A stretch of DNA of 64,000 nt, taken from the NCBI GenBank assembly GCA_028534125.1, contig CM052817.1:21826001-21890000 (forward strand), written 5' to 3'. A program made the position numbers and the translations under genes. Of this stretch, positions 13,430-25,989 are shown piece by piece; the stretch's first letter is position 1; every line of letters begins with the position of its first letter. This DNA comes from Lama glama (lineage: Eukaryota). The notes under the pieces were generated by a model, which had not been told where the DNA came from, ran no database searches, and saw only the letters and a list, made by a program, of their open reading frames with translations.

Positions 13430-13640
13430 AATTTAGGTCCTGTTTCACTGAACTTCAATTACCAGCTTCTCCATGTTTTAACTGTGTGTTCTTAGGAAAG
13501 TAACTTAACTGTTCTTTGCCTCAATATCCACATATGTCCAATAACAACATAGATACCAAATTAACCTTTGTCTTGTGAGAACTAAATCAGATGAAATATG
13601 CAAAGTGATTGACTCATAGTATGCACTCAAAAATTCTTGT
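13430..13640 (+). mobile_element. MIR SINE
   Basis: CTGTGTGTTCTTAGGAAAGTAACTTAAC..TGCCTCAAT core and GTGAGAACTAAATCAGATGA..ATGCAAAGTG 3' part. Confidence 0.7.
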
Positions 13641-13804
13641 TTTTCTTTAGCAAAAATTTAGTTTTTTCTATTCTAATAAATGCTGTATTTTAACTGGTGT
13701 GTTGAATTTTAATATTATTGTATTGAACATAGTTGCAAAGGTGAGATTTATATTGTAGAACTTTGTTTATTTGTTTGTTTTGCTCTTTTAAAACAAGGAA
13801 ATGA

Positions 13805-14110
13805 AATTAGGAAGTAATTTTAAAGTTACCTAGTTTAAAAAATTTACTTAAAGCAGAAATTTCTATAACCTTTCGAAAAACCTCAAACTAAAAGTCTCTA
13901 AGTGACTTCTTTTACAACTAGGAAACCTTGGCTTTTCAAAACATCCCACCCTGCTCTTTGATGACTCTAATTGTTTGAATGTTCTTTTTCATTTTGAACT
14001 AAGAAAGACTTTTTCTCCCTTTACCTTCAAATAGTAGCATAGTATTCTGCTTTCTTAAGCCACTTAAAATAAGTCCATGTCCAATTGTAAATGATAGCCT
14101 TCTGTGAAAC
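13805..14110 (-). mobile_element. L3/CR1 LINE 3' fragment
   Basis: ACTCTAATTGTTTGAATGTTCTTTTTCATTTTGAACTAA resembles the recalled L3 consensus CTCTAATTGTTAGAAAGTTCTTCCTTATATTGAGCTGAA; highly diverged. Confidence 0.5.
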
Positions 14111-15799
14111 TGCAAGAGAAATGTATCAAACATCTGTGGATAAAGATACTTAACTAGATAAGAATATCTCTAGTTCTGCTGCCATTGACCCATATCTCTT
14201 CAGCTTAAATCCTAAATAATTTGAGTCTGTGAAATGAATTACCAAAGGTAAACATATCTCAAATACATTATGAAAAAAATGCTTTCTCACATTAGGTAAA
14301 TATCTGTAGCATCACCATATTATTCTAGCTAATAGCACTATCACAAATTAAAATGAGGTTAGCTTGGGCTGACTTATTTTTGGAATATACAAATTGAATT
14401 TTAATAATATTTTCCATTCATTGTTATTTCTTAATGGTATTTCAAAGACCTTTGACAACAGTTCTGAGATTACATTGTAAATTTGTTGCAAAATAATACG
14501 TGGAGAATTCCATCTAAACAACTGAAGATGATTACCTTGAGGCATCATTCATCTTAAATATTCTTTTTTTTCCTCTTTTTTTCCACTTCAGTTTATATTA
14601 CTCAGTTCCAGTTCAAAGACTGTTTGCCAGGTAAGAGTTGAGTCATTTTCCTGGTGTTTTTGGAGGGAAGATGGAAAAAATTCATTTTGATATAAACACA
14701 ATTCTAATTGAGCTAACAGTTCCTTTCCCCTATTAGAGTATAGACATTTGGATGGCTCTGAAAGAGGATCAAAAATGGAAACTTTTATTTGCCAAACCAA
14801 CAGAAAGAAAGGATGAATAATATTGATTTACAGGCAAAATTATAAAATTCTCAAAAATTGTATAGAGCAACAAGAATTAGTTTTAGTATCTTCTGACTTT
14901 AGAAGTTTTGTATATACAGATTGATACTTTTATGTATTTATAATTTATGTTATTGTTTTTCTCTTTAGTTTAACACTGAATTTTAACATCTAGAGTGACA
15001 AGGATGTTGACTCATACTTAATATATTCAACAGGGTCAACTAGAATGGATACACTTTTAAAAATGTCTTTATTTTGTATTTGTTTTTATATTGAAGTAAC
15101 ATTACTTAATATGCACTGGCCAATTGTTAAAACTTTTGCTTATATTGTTTACTAATTTTTTTGTTCCAGATGTATATTTAAAAATTTAATTTTAATATCT
15201 GTTTTCTTGCTCTGCTTCAAACAGGGCACAATTACTGCTTCATAGGTAATATGAGATAGAATTAAAATAATTATAAAATGGATTTCTTTCTCTCTGCTCC
15301 ATCTCTCAATTACCAGTGTCTACTAGACTTCACGTTAAGTCCTATCAATCAGACCCCTGATATCTGATAAAACGTTGATTTTTGCATTGCTGGTGCTCAA
15401 TAGAAGGTTATTACATTGAAATAATATTTAATGTAGTTATTTAGTAGGTACTTCAGCTATTGAAAATTTTGATTGTTTTATTTTATAATGCTCTTTATGA
15501 ATAAATGGAAAGTAGGCAACTTTATTCAACTCAGCAATATTTGTTGAATGTTTACTCTGGGACTGCAGTAGGCATTACTTGGGATATTTAACTCAATACA
15601 TTTGTACCTTCTTGCCTCGAAGATTTCTGTTCAATATCCAGGAAAATTATGTTGGCCAAAGGTTTCTTGTTGGGTTTTTATAGCTGTTTCATGAAAAAAG
15701 AGCACTCACTGACTTCTTTAAGTGGAACTTCCTTTTTTCCTTTGCCTAAGACCATTTAACTTGCCCCAGACCCTACCGATTCTATAAAGGGCATCTTTC

Positions 15800-16040
15800 A
15801 TGTCATTCTCTCATCCTCTGGTACCCTCCTATTCTCCGGTAACTAGGTTAGTGTCTCTTGTTATATATTTTCATAGCACTCCCTACTCATTGTGATTTCC
15901 ATAGTTTTGTTTGTTTGTTTAATGTTTATCTTGCCTATTGGAGTGTATGTTACCAGAAGGCAGGACCCATTTTCATTTACTTCCATATCTCCAGTGACTA
16001 GTGAATGTCTTACTCAATGATAATGGTTAAATAAATAAGG
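15800..16040 (+). mobile_element. L2 LINE 3' end
   Basis: GAAGGCAGGACC...ATATCTCCAGTGACTAG...ACTCAATGATAATGGTTAAATAAATAA, a typical L2 terminus. Confidence 0.7.
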
Positions 16041-16084
16041 AGGAGGGATTGGTTAAGACTCATAGATAATACTATTTTTGTGAA

Positions 16085-16380
16085 TTCTTTATTTGGAGAA
16101 AATTGAAAGTTAAAGAAAAGCTGTACTGCATCCTTTTACTAGATTCAACATATTATTAATACTCACCATGTTTGCTTTTCTCTCTCCCTCACCCCTCCTT
16201 TCCATATCTCCAATAAACAAGGACACCCTTCTACCAAACCACAATATGATAATTTCCCCAGTGAACTTAACACTGATAATATAGAGTTATCTTTCTAGAT
16301 CCATATTCAGATTTACCACAGTTGTTCCTGTAATCCTTGATCCAATCAGGTATCATAGATATTTTAAGTTCTCAAGCTAC
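16085..16380 (-). mobile_element. Old L1 3' UTR fragment (L1MC4/5-like)
   Basis: AAACAAGGACA..CTTCTAC..AACCACAAT, TTAACACTGATA, TCCATATTCAGATTT and GATCCAATC motifs. Confidence 0.6.
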
Positions 16381-18004
16381 ATTTATTTTAAGTATTATTA
16401 CTTAGTATAATAATTTTACTTGGTTTTTGTTTTTTTGAAACGTAACACTCAGCTTACTTTTACTTTCAAAAAACATGGCTTACTTAAAACTTTTGAACTA
16501 TTTTAGGTTTTCTGGTATACAAATGATCAAATGAATGAGTGCCCTGAGGGCAAAATTTACATGTCTATTTATCCTGCATGAGTAGGAGTATTTTAAATCT
16601 AGGCTCTTAAAAAGCCATTGCCAATGGTATAGTATGTCAATATTAAAATGTGATTTCAAAAAACAGGACTCTCAATGCTGAACATTTACATAGTTCTGAG
16701 GAACAGATTAGAAAATTTTTCAGTCTTTAATTTTTCTCCTTGAATTACCTTCTTCATGAATTTATGTTTACCCACAGAGCCCTAAAGAAAATGAAAAAAA
16801 AAAACCCTGCCAGAAAAACATATAATATTAAAAATTATTACTTTTTAATGTTTTATTTTCAATACCATGGAGCTTTCTGAGAGAAATCAGTGTTAGAGAA
16901 GAGATATAACAGGGACTGCAAAGAACTTGTGCTTTTTAAACTCAGCACCATCTTTTTAAAAGCTACGAGAATAAACATTGTTGCACTGAAGAAGAGTCTG
17001 TAAGAAGTGTGAATAGATGTTTCAGTCTAGGCCCATTTCACTTTCACTGTGAACAGTTGGGTATTATTGAACAGGCTTTGCCCTTTACTAGTAAATCCTG
17101 CAGCTAATCTTATTAAGAACCAGTGGAAGCAGAAGTTACATAGAAATCAGAAGTCTCCTCTGCAGTAGAATGTTCAAAGAGGTTCTCTGTCTCTCTCTCT
17201 CTTTTTTTTTTAAAATGCTTTTTCTGTGTTTGTTTATGGAAGTTATCTTATTGAATTAATTAAATTTTGAACATTTTTCCAGTATAATCAGGTGGGTTCC
17301 ACACTGCAGTCCCTACTTATGAACACATTCAAACACAGACCAATTTGTCTGGATCATTCTTTTAGATAATAGTAAGGCACTTTGGAGATTGTTTGAAGAA
17401 TATAGACTATTTCTTTAAAATGATTTCTCTTTACCTGTTAAATAAGTCTGATAGAGGAGGAATGACTATGTAGATTCTCAATAAGCTTTAAAGTCCCCTA
17501 AAGTATAATATCTAAAGGATGTGACCATTGTGGTTTTGTCACCAAGTAATTTATGCCAAGTTACTAATGGTTGGAAGATAACAGATCGTAGACTGTTGTT
17601 TTGTTTGGGAGCAAATTATGTGCAGAAACTGAGATTGCCTTTGCCAATAGTTTATTTCACACAAATAGCTTCACTGTGAGATTTATTATAATTTCACAAG
17701 CCAGTAGTATATAGGGTAATGTCTCTTAAGCCAATAAAAATTAACATACTCACAACAATAGATTAGTCATACTGTTGTTTCAGGCAATGGGAGATGACAG
17801 AAATAAAGTTCAAATTTAGTCTGAGCTGTACCTTTTCTACAAGTTTTGGTTTCTTGGGAGAAATGGCTTTGCCAACTGGGTGATGCCTTTCAGTTGCCAG
17901 TGTAGAAGTAAAAGTTCCTTGTTGCTACAACATGGTGCTGGAGAATGATGGTGCCAGTGTTGGTGACCAGGCTAGGATTCTCCAAGGGTCTTCAGGGATC
18001 TGTA

Positions 18005-18504
18005 NNNNNNNNNNNNNNNNNNNNNNNNNNNNNNNNNNNNNNNNNNNNNNNNNNNNNNNNNNNNNNNNNNNNNNNNNNNNNNNNNNNNNNNNNNNNNNNN
18101 NNNNNNNNNNNNNNNNNNNNNNNNNNNNNNNNNNNNNNNNNNNNNNNNNNNNNNNNNNNNNNNNNNNNNNNNNNNNNNNNNNNNNNNNNNNNNNNNNNNN
18201 NNNNNNNNNNNNNNNNNNNNNNNNNNNNNNNNNNNNNNNNNNNNNNNNNNNNNNNNNNNNNNNNNNNNNNNNNNNNNNNNNNNNNNNNNNNNNNNNNNNN
18301 NNNNNNNNNNNNNNNNNNNNNNNNNNNNNNNNNNNNNNNNNNNNNNNNNNNNNNNNNNNNNNNNNNNNNNNNNNNNNNNNNNNNNNNNNNNNNNNNNNNN
18401 NNNNNNNNNNNNNNNNNNNNNNNNNNNNNNNNNNNNNNNNNNNNNNNNNNNNNNNNNNNNNNNNNNNNNNNNNNNNNNNNNNNNNNNNNNNNNNNNNNNN
18501 NNNN
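18005..18504. other. Assembly gap (500 N)
   Basis: Run of exactly 500 N. Confidence 1.
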
Positions 18505-18892
18505 ATAGGTCCCTTATGTTGCTTTCATTTGTTTTTATTTGTTTATCTTGCAGTTATTCTGATTGGGTGCTTTCTGTTGTCCTGTCTTCTAGGTCACAAA
18601 TTCATTCCTCTGCATTATCTACTCTGCTTTGCACAGCCTTTAGATCCATTCTCATCTCAGCCAATGAGTTTACCATTTCTACTTGGCTCTTCTTTATAGC
18701 TTCAATTTCATTTTTGACATATTTTGTATCTCTAAACACTATCTCTTTTAGTTTCTTCAGTACCTTGTTCACTCCTTTTTTGAAATCTTGATCTAGTAGG
18801 CTATCAATGTCTACTTCATTGATCGTTCTTTCAGGGGATTTCTCTAGTTCTTTTAATTGGGAAAGATTTCTCTGCTTCTTCATCTTGCTCAT
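18505..18892 (-). pseudogene. L1 ORF1p N-terminal/coiled-coil region, disrupted
   Basis: MSKMKKQRNLSQLKE...SRVDNAEE*ICDLEDRTTESTQSE*LQDKQIKTNESNIRDL. The SR.D.AEE.I.DLEDR and NE.NIRDL motifs are L1 ORF1p coiled-coil hallmarks. Two in-frame stops (TGA 18602-18604 and a later TAA). Confidence 0.9.
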
Positions 18893-19013
18893 ATCTCTCT
18901 GGCATTGTGGCTTATGGAGTATCAGTTATCTATTGTGGTCCTTAAGGAGTTTATTTATTTATCTATCTAATGCCTATGTAGAAATCAAACTTAAAAAAAA
19001 TAAAGGAGAGAGA

Positions 19014-20100
19014 AAAAGAATTTTAAAAGGAGAAAAAAGATTTGAACAGTGAATAGTCAATTATAGAAGCGCAGTTTGAATCAGACTAGCATTCGAGTTG
19101 AGATGTCTTTTTTAGAAACCCTTAAAAAGAAAAAAAGGAAAACAGATCAAAAAAAAGATATTTGAAACCTATTTATAATCAATAACAAGAGATCAAAACC
19201 AAAAGAAATGAAAATGAAATCAGATGGAATTTTTCAAAAATAATAATATAACTGCTTTAAAAGAAAAAATTAAGAGGAATTAAAACTAGAAGCATATACA
19301 GTTGTTTAGAAAGTAGAAATTAAAAAGGTAATAGAAAATAGAACAGATAAAAAAAAGATAAAATAAAGAATTTTAAGAGAAGGGAGAAGAAAAGGTTTGA
19401 AAACAGTGTATAATCTAGTATAGAAGAGCAATCTGAATCAGACTAACTTTCGAGTTGAGACATCTATTTTAAAAACCCTTAAAAAAAGGAAAACAGATCA
19501 AAAAATGATATTTGAAACCTATTTGTAATCAAAAACAGGAGATCAAACCCAAAATAAATGAAAATGAAGTAAGGTGATTTTTTAAAAAATAATAATATAA
19601 GTACTTTAAAAGATAAATTTAAAAGGAATTAAAACTAGAAGGATATATAATTGTTTAGAAAGAAAAATTTAAAAAGGAATTAAACTTAGAAGCATATACA
19701 ATTGTTTAGAAAGTAGAAATTAAGAAGGTAATAAAAAATAGGACAGATAAAAAAGATATGATAAAGAGAGAATTTTGAAAAAGGGGAGAAAAAAAGGTTT
19801 GAAAACAGTGTATAATGAATAATTGAAGAGCAGGTTGAAGCAGAATAGCAATCGGGTTGAGACGTCTCTTAAAAATCTTTAAAATAGAGGAAGAGGAAAA
19901 AATATATTTGAAACCTGTGTATAATCAATAACAGGAGATCAAGACCATGAGAGATAAAAATGACATCACATTGATTTTTTAAAATAATAATATTATTTTA
20001 AAAGAAAAATTTAAAAGGAATTAAAACTGGGAGGGTATATAATTGTTTAAAAAGTAAAAATTAAAAAGGTAATAGAAAATACAACAGAGAAGAACAGATT
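19014..20100. repeat. Three diverged ~360-400 bp tandem units within the L1 5' UTR
   Basis: Anchor G(A/G)GTTGAGA recurs at 19095, 19452 and 19854. ATATTTGAAACCT, GAGATCAA and GGAATTAAAACT recur in each unit; unit 2 has an extra ~55-bp internal duplication. Confidence 0.9.
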
Positions 20101-21230
20101 AAAAAAAAAAAAAAAAAGGGAGGGGTTGTTCACCGGAGACTGTGTGCTCTTAATAAGTCTTTCTGTCTTTGCCCTGTTTCGTGAACTCAGCTTGCTGTTT
20201 ACAGAGGCCCTCTGTTGGTGCCCTCCTCTGTGCTGCTCCCAGTGCTTGTTGGCAAGCAGATCGCACCCCCCTCCCAGCACAGCGTTCCTGCCAGAAATGG
20301 GGGGGGCACCTGCCGCCTCCTGCTGCAGGTCGCTCCACAGCTCCATGCCGCCACACGCTCCACCTCGGGTCAAAGCTCCGCAGGCAGGCCCCTGGGAAGA
20401 CCGTGGAACAGCCCCACCCCTTCTCCATGTCCAAACTCAGCTCCTTGTTTGTACTAGTGGTGTGAACTTGCGAGGCACCAGGGCGGAAGGATCCTATGTA
20501 ACTCGGGCTGCAAACAAGTCAGTGTCTGGCCTTTGAGGCTGCTGAGCCCCCAGGTGCGGATTCAGGTTTTGCTCCCGCCCAACCTGTGTGCCAAGCCCTG
20601 AAGGATATGGCGGCTGCGCCTGAGCCCCACCTCTCCTCTCCGAAAACCTTCCGTGGGTTTTCAGAGATGGGGGTATGCACCCTTCCCCCCTCAAGGCACA
20701 TCAGCCATGCTGTTTTATGGAGAGCCCAGGTTGTTCTGCCCTGTGCACCCACTCATCCATGTTGTGTAGCACCCTCCAGTCCCCCTGGGCTGCCTCAGTA
20801 CAGCCATCCCCGTCCTCCGCCCAGCTCAGGCAGCCCGTCCTGGACCCCAGCTCCTGGCTTGAGTCTCCAGTTGGGTGTCTCAGGGACCCTGTTTGCCTGT
20901 TTAACTTAGTTCTGTCAGTCAAGGGATGCTCCATACAGACCTGAGCCTCCTTCTCTGTCCCTCCGGCCTCTCCATTGGAGAGAGGGAGGACCAGCAAACG
21001 AGCGCCAGTCCTCCTTTGCTGCTCCCTCCCCACGGGACCATTCCCGCACTGTTTTGCCTTTTTGTCCTTCTTTTTTTCCCTTCTCCTACCAGATTTTTGG
21101 CATCTTTGTCTTTTGAAGGGGACGACTTTCTGTCGGAGTTCTGTAGGTGCTCTGTTTGGCTGAGTGGGTCCGTGGATGTGACTCTTGGTGTATCTGTGGG
21201 AGAGGGTGAGCTACGAGCATCCTACTACTC

Positions 21231-21241
21231 CACCATCTTGG
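21231..21241 (-). promoter_or_regulatory. YY1-type motif at the L1 transcription start
   Basis: Minus-strand CCAAGATGGTG (consensus CAAGATGGCG with CpG decay) about 10 nt from the L1 5' end. Confidence 0.7.
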
Positions 21242-24200
21242 CCTCATCTCTCTCATCTTCCATTTTCAGCTCTTTCATTCCATGGCCTTAATGATTTACT
21301 AAATGGACACACAGAATAGCTCTTCTTATACATGAAGATATAAATAGTATCCTTCTTTAGGCTTTCCAATTTAATTTTCCCTTTAAAAATTTGATCTTTT
21401 TTGATTATCTTCTACATTTTTTTATTGAAAAGTCTAGTTGTTGACACTACTTCATGTAATTATATATGTTATAATGATTTACAATACACAGTTTAAATTC
21501 TGAAATTTGCAAACTATGACCTATATCATGTGCAAAGTGGATCAGTGATCAATAATCCCATTGGGGATTTTTATTCCTATTTGTACTCATGCCAAAATTG
21601 ATATCCAGAATTATCAAGGTGCTTATCAAATTACGGGACCAAAAGCTGCAATCCATGTCTTTTGATCAAGTACATTTCTTCTTGTTCTAACAAGATTTTA
21701 TAGCCTCCTACAGAACAGAATTTATCGATATTTTACCTTACATTGTCCCATTACAATGGGCAATTAAATTTAAAAATTGAAATATGAGTCATTATGTTAA
21801 TAAATGGAGAAGCCTTACAAAAGTTATACTTTTGTGATTTTTCATCATAACTCAGCAATTTGATGCTTAAAATGTCCCCCAAAGACAATGAGTTTTTCCA
21901 ATTAAAAAATAAATCCTAGAAAAGAAATGTAGGATTAAAATAATATAGCATTAAAACAAAACAGAACAATGCAGCATAAAAAAGTTGTTAGGTCTAATTA
22001 ATATGTAATAGTTTCAAAAACGATTGCCTATTAAGCAACCCAGACAGGACTTTCATGAGAAATGAAAATAAATATAATAAATTTATTTAGAGTAGTACAA
22101 AAATCTTAGTTTTAATACCTTGAAAACATTAAATCACTGTTCAGAGAATAATGCATTCTTTTTATTTAATGGCTACTATGCACTATAGATACATAAGGAC
22201 ACATGCAATATGTTAATCTGAAAGAGCTCTTAGGAATAAATAAACATAGAGGAAAATGCAAATATTTCACTGTTTATATTGAGCAATTTCCAATGACTTC
22301 TTATAGCTAACCTTATTATCTAAGGTGCCTCAGATCTTAATCCCCAAATTGTGCTTTTTGCATTTTATGCCACCCAAACTTTTGGATGTTCATATTTTCC
22401 TGGCATCTTATTGATAACCATCCTTAGGACTAGAATGTATAAATATGTTCAATCTGTATACTAATAGGTAATTGACATTTAACCACACCCTAATTAACTG
22501 CAAGACATCGTTGACCAAATATTAAAATCGACTAGATTGTAATTTAACCTAAAAGACACTCAAAACTATGATGTCGAGATATAGCAGAATTCTGTGGTGT
22601 TTCCTGGGACTTACAAAAAATTTAAAAATTATTGCTTTATTATAGCAACAAAGTTCTTAACTCAAATAATGAATTTACCAGCATATCCCACTTTTCAAAA
22701 ACTTGTATGCCTGCATTATGCCATATAAAGCAAGTTAATGGACTATGTTTCTCTTGTGAATTTTCATATGAAAGTTACCTTATTTTAATATCTGTAATTA
22801 TTTAATATTACCATCAAAAAGAGAATTATTTAGATTTGAGACCTCTTCTTACTCAAATTATTTTCCAGGATCCCACAACAGCAAGGTGATTGACTTTCCA
22901 GGTAGGCACACAGTAGGTCTGGCTGGTGTTGATGGATACTTATAAGCATCTGCCTAAGACCCAAGAATGGTAATAATTTACTGCTAGACTCCCAAAAGTA
23001 ATTTCTGAGATTCATATCAAGTACATGATTATTATAAAGTAATTTCTCTAGCACTTTACGTTTTTAAATAATCTAGATAAATTCAGTCCACTAAAATTCC
23101 ACTTGAGCCTATTTAATTTCCTGTGATTTGGTTACATTAGCAAAAGGATTTTGTTTGGGTTTGGGGGTTATGCTTGAATAAGGCTCAAGTTAATCATTTA
23201 GGTACTTAAATGTTCTTAGCTCAAGGATTTCCCCTGACAGTCATTTCAAGAATAGCTTTATACTATTATTCAATTCATCTATTACACAAGAAATAAATGC
23301 AGAAAAATTCCATTCTGCTCAGATTTTTCTGTCTTGTCACCAAAATGCATTCCTTGGGGCCATTTTCATTTACAAAAGGCCTATATAGTGCATAAATTGA
23401 AGCACCTATAGTTCTAAGCTAAAGGTCAAAGGGTGCTAATCACAGCTCCATAGTTGTTCTCAACTTTCATTAAGAAACACCATATTAAACTATGGAAAGC
23501 CCCGGTTAATCAGGCTTTGCTAAAATTACTCAGGTATGTCATCAGAATGAAAGAGCAGTGAAGCTAGATAGATGCCTGAGGGAGAATGTGCTCTGATGTT
23601 ATCTGTCTTTCTGACTCTGAAGCCTAGGCAGCACTGATGGATCTTTGAAAAGAGAAAGTTCAGACTTACTATTAAATTTTATTTTTAAACATTTGAGTTT
23701 GATGGTTTCAGTTATTGAAAATAAATGAAAACAACCTGTTCCAAGAGGACTTCAGGAAGGATGTTCCATTTCTTCAAATACAGTTTTAAACTTTCTATCC
23801 AATATTTGAAATGTCTAATGCCATTCAGATTTGTGTTGATCACACTTTCTGGTATTAATCTTTTAAGAATCTATTTGTGAGATATAGCAGAGTGCGTATA
23901 TTATAAAGCAGGCTTTGCATTATATATGTAGTAATGTAACATGAACCACTTAATCCCTGTCCCGTTAACATAGTCGTGTTCTAGCCACTTGGATTATTAT
24001 GAAACAAAAAGAAGAAAGCATAAAAATTTCAAGTACCTTATATCTGACATAAGTATATGTACATACACACATATAAACACATTTCACATTTGTCAAACGG
24101 AGATTTTTGTTAAGGAAAATTTTACATGTGTGTGCACATGAGTATGTGTGTACATATGAATATGAACGTATGTACACATTAATAATCATTCAAGTTAAAA

Positions 24201-24279
24201 ACATCTCATCGTTATACTACAAAAGTGACTAAACTCTAGGAGGTTGTAAACATGTATTAAAATACAGCTCTCTTTTAAG

Positions 24280-24990
24280 TTGATTACATGTAGTATAAAA
24301 GCAGACAGAATATGATGCATTATTTTGGTGCTATAAAATTTTGTGGAGCTGCAGAGAAATGTGTAGTTAATTTTTGCTGGGGTCATAAACTTTTAGGTTA
24401 TTCTTCTTGGAGGAGACAGTATTTGAGTGAAGTCTTAAAAAACAAGTAAAAAAATCCTACTGATGTCAATTGGCAGCAACATATCTTCCTTCATTAAAAG
24501 AAAAGCATGAGAATGGGAAGATATTTGATAGTAGGTATATGTAGTTAGATATATGTGGACATCCTTTGCAAACCAACAGGACAGTGATGATTCTCACTAT
24601 ATAGGAAATAAGGAAAGTAAAATCAAGAGTAAGGCATAATGGAGCTGATATTTCACTAACAACAAGAGAACAGTAATTCATTCAGTAATTCAAGTGTAAG
24701 TTTTTCGTCATGGAAGTTATTAGGAGATATTGAAATACTTTATGCTGGGGAGTGGGCATGATCCCATTTTAGTCCTAAAATAATCACTGAGGCTGCAGTT
24801 TTATAGGGTGTATAGGACAGAGATGAAAGTGAAGACTGGAAGATCCACTTGGATATTGTTGCTGCATTCAGTTGAAAAATAAAGGTAACTTGATCTAAGG
24901 TCGTGGCAATGGGAACTGACGATATGGACTGTTGAGAAGAAGGAAATTAGAAAGATAGGACTCGGAAATTGATTACATGTGTGATCACAA
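24280..24990 (-). mobile_element. L2 LINE fragment
   Basis: GGAGGAGACAGTATTTGAGTGAAGTCTTAAAA, GGCATGATCCCATTT..AATAATCACTGAGGCTGCAG, GATAGGACTCGG..ATTGATT; antisense L2 pattern. Confidence 0.7.
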
Positions 24991-25989
24991 ATAATGGAAA
25001 GACATCATTCCAAATTACCATGCTTTATTATTTGTTACTATTTCTTGTGTGAAGCACTCTTCCTCTCCCCTTTCCTCCACCCCTTCACTAATCTTACATT
25101 CCTAAAGTAGAAATCTCATAAACTCAGAATTAAAGAAGAACAAAAGGAAGACAGTAAAATTGGATTCTTGGTACTTTGATCATGGAAATAGATTTTTAAA
25201 ATTCTGTTCCTATCCTGTTAAAACCATGGGCCCACAGGGACATTAATGAGAGTTCTGTACATGAAGGTAGAAAGTAAGATTGTTAATTACTTTAATTCCA
25301 AAGATCTTTTTTTTTCAAGTTTAGATGAATATCCATGTCAGAAATTACATTACGTATTTGCCTTAGGTTATAATGTGATATTAATTCAACATCAATATAT
25401 TCATCAACCTGTCCTTACCAGTTAACAGTAAAAAAGCCACTCAGCATTTGAAACTAATACTTTTTTTGAAATCCCATGGAAATTGCCTGTGAAATTCATA
25501 GGAAAATACTATTTGTCACAAAGTAGAATGTGCAAGGATAAGTTTTGATATGGTGTCGATGTGTCAAAATAACACATTTCATGCTGTGTGATAAAATTTT
25601 CACCACTGTCAACCTCAAGAAAAATAATACTTTAACAGGTTTACAAGAAGGCAAAACATGATTCATTATCGCCTTGAATATTTCGTGAGATCAAAGGAAG
25701 GATGTTTTCTCCCTATAGAAAAATCTGTTTCGTTACTGAGAAAAACTTGTTTGGGTTTAAAAAGGTCAACATTTCTGAGATAGATGTTATTTTTTTTACT
25801 TAAATAAGAATTTCCAAATTTTTCTAGCATTAAACCCGTACATTCCTATATTCCCAATAAAATTATGTTTGTATTCATTTTGAATTTATATTTTGAATGA
25901 AAAATGCACATTTTTAAAAATAGTAAAGAAAAAACTAATGTTATGATAAAAATTAATTTTAGTGTCTTGGGCAACATAATGTATACAAA

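Larger units (their letters stand above)
18505..21252 (-). mobile_element. 5' part of a relatively young lineage-specific L1 (5' UTR plus N-terminal ORF1), truncated by the gap
   Basis: Minus strand begins GAGAGATGAGGCCAAGATGGTGGAGTAG (L1 start with YY1-type motif). GC/CpG-rich promoter 20120-21252, tandem-repeat block 19014-20100, ORF1 ATG at 18892. Confidence 0.92.

Noticed and set aside
17932..18699. Long ORFs spanning N runs (also 36933-37508 and 62452-63258)
   Set aside because: Artefacts of translating through assembly gaps.
19014..20100. CRISPR-like or satellite array
   Set aside because: Units are long, contiguous and diverged with no unique spacers, in a eukaryotic L1 context.
20047..21163. 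Dense overlapping ORFs and CpG-island-like composition suggesting a gene promoter or first exon
   Set aside because: Explained by the GC-rich L1 5' UTR; stop codons are rare in GC-rich DNA and no peptide is recognisable.
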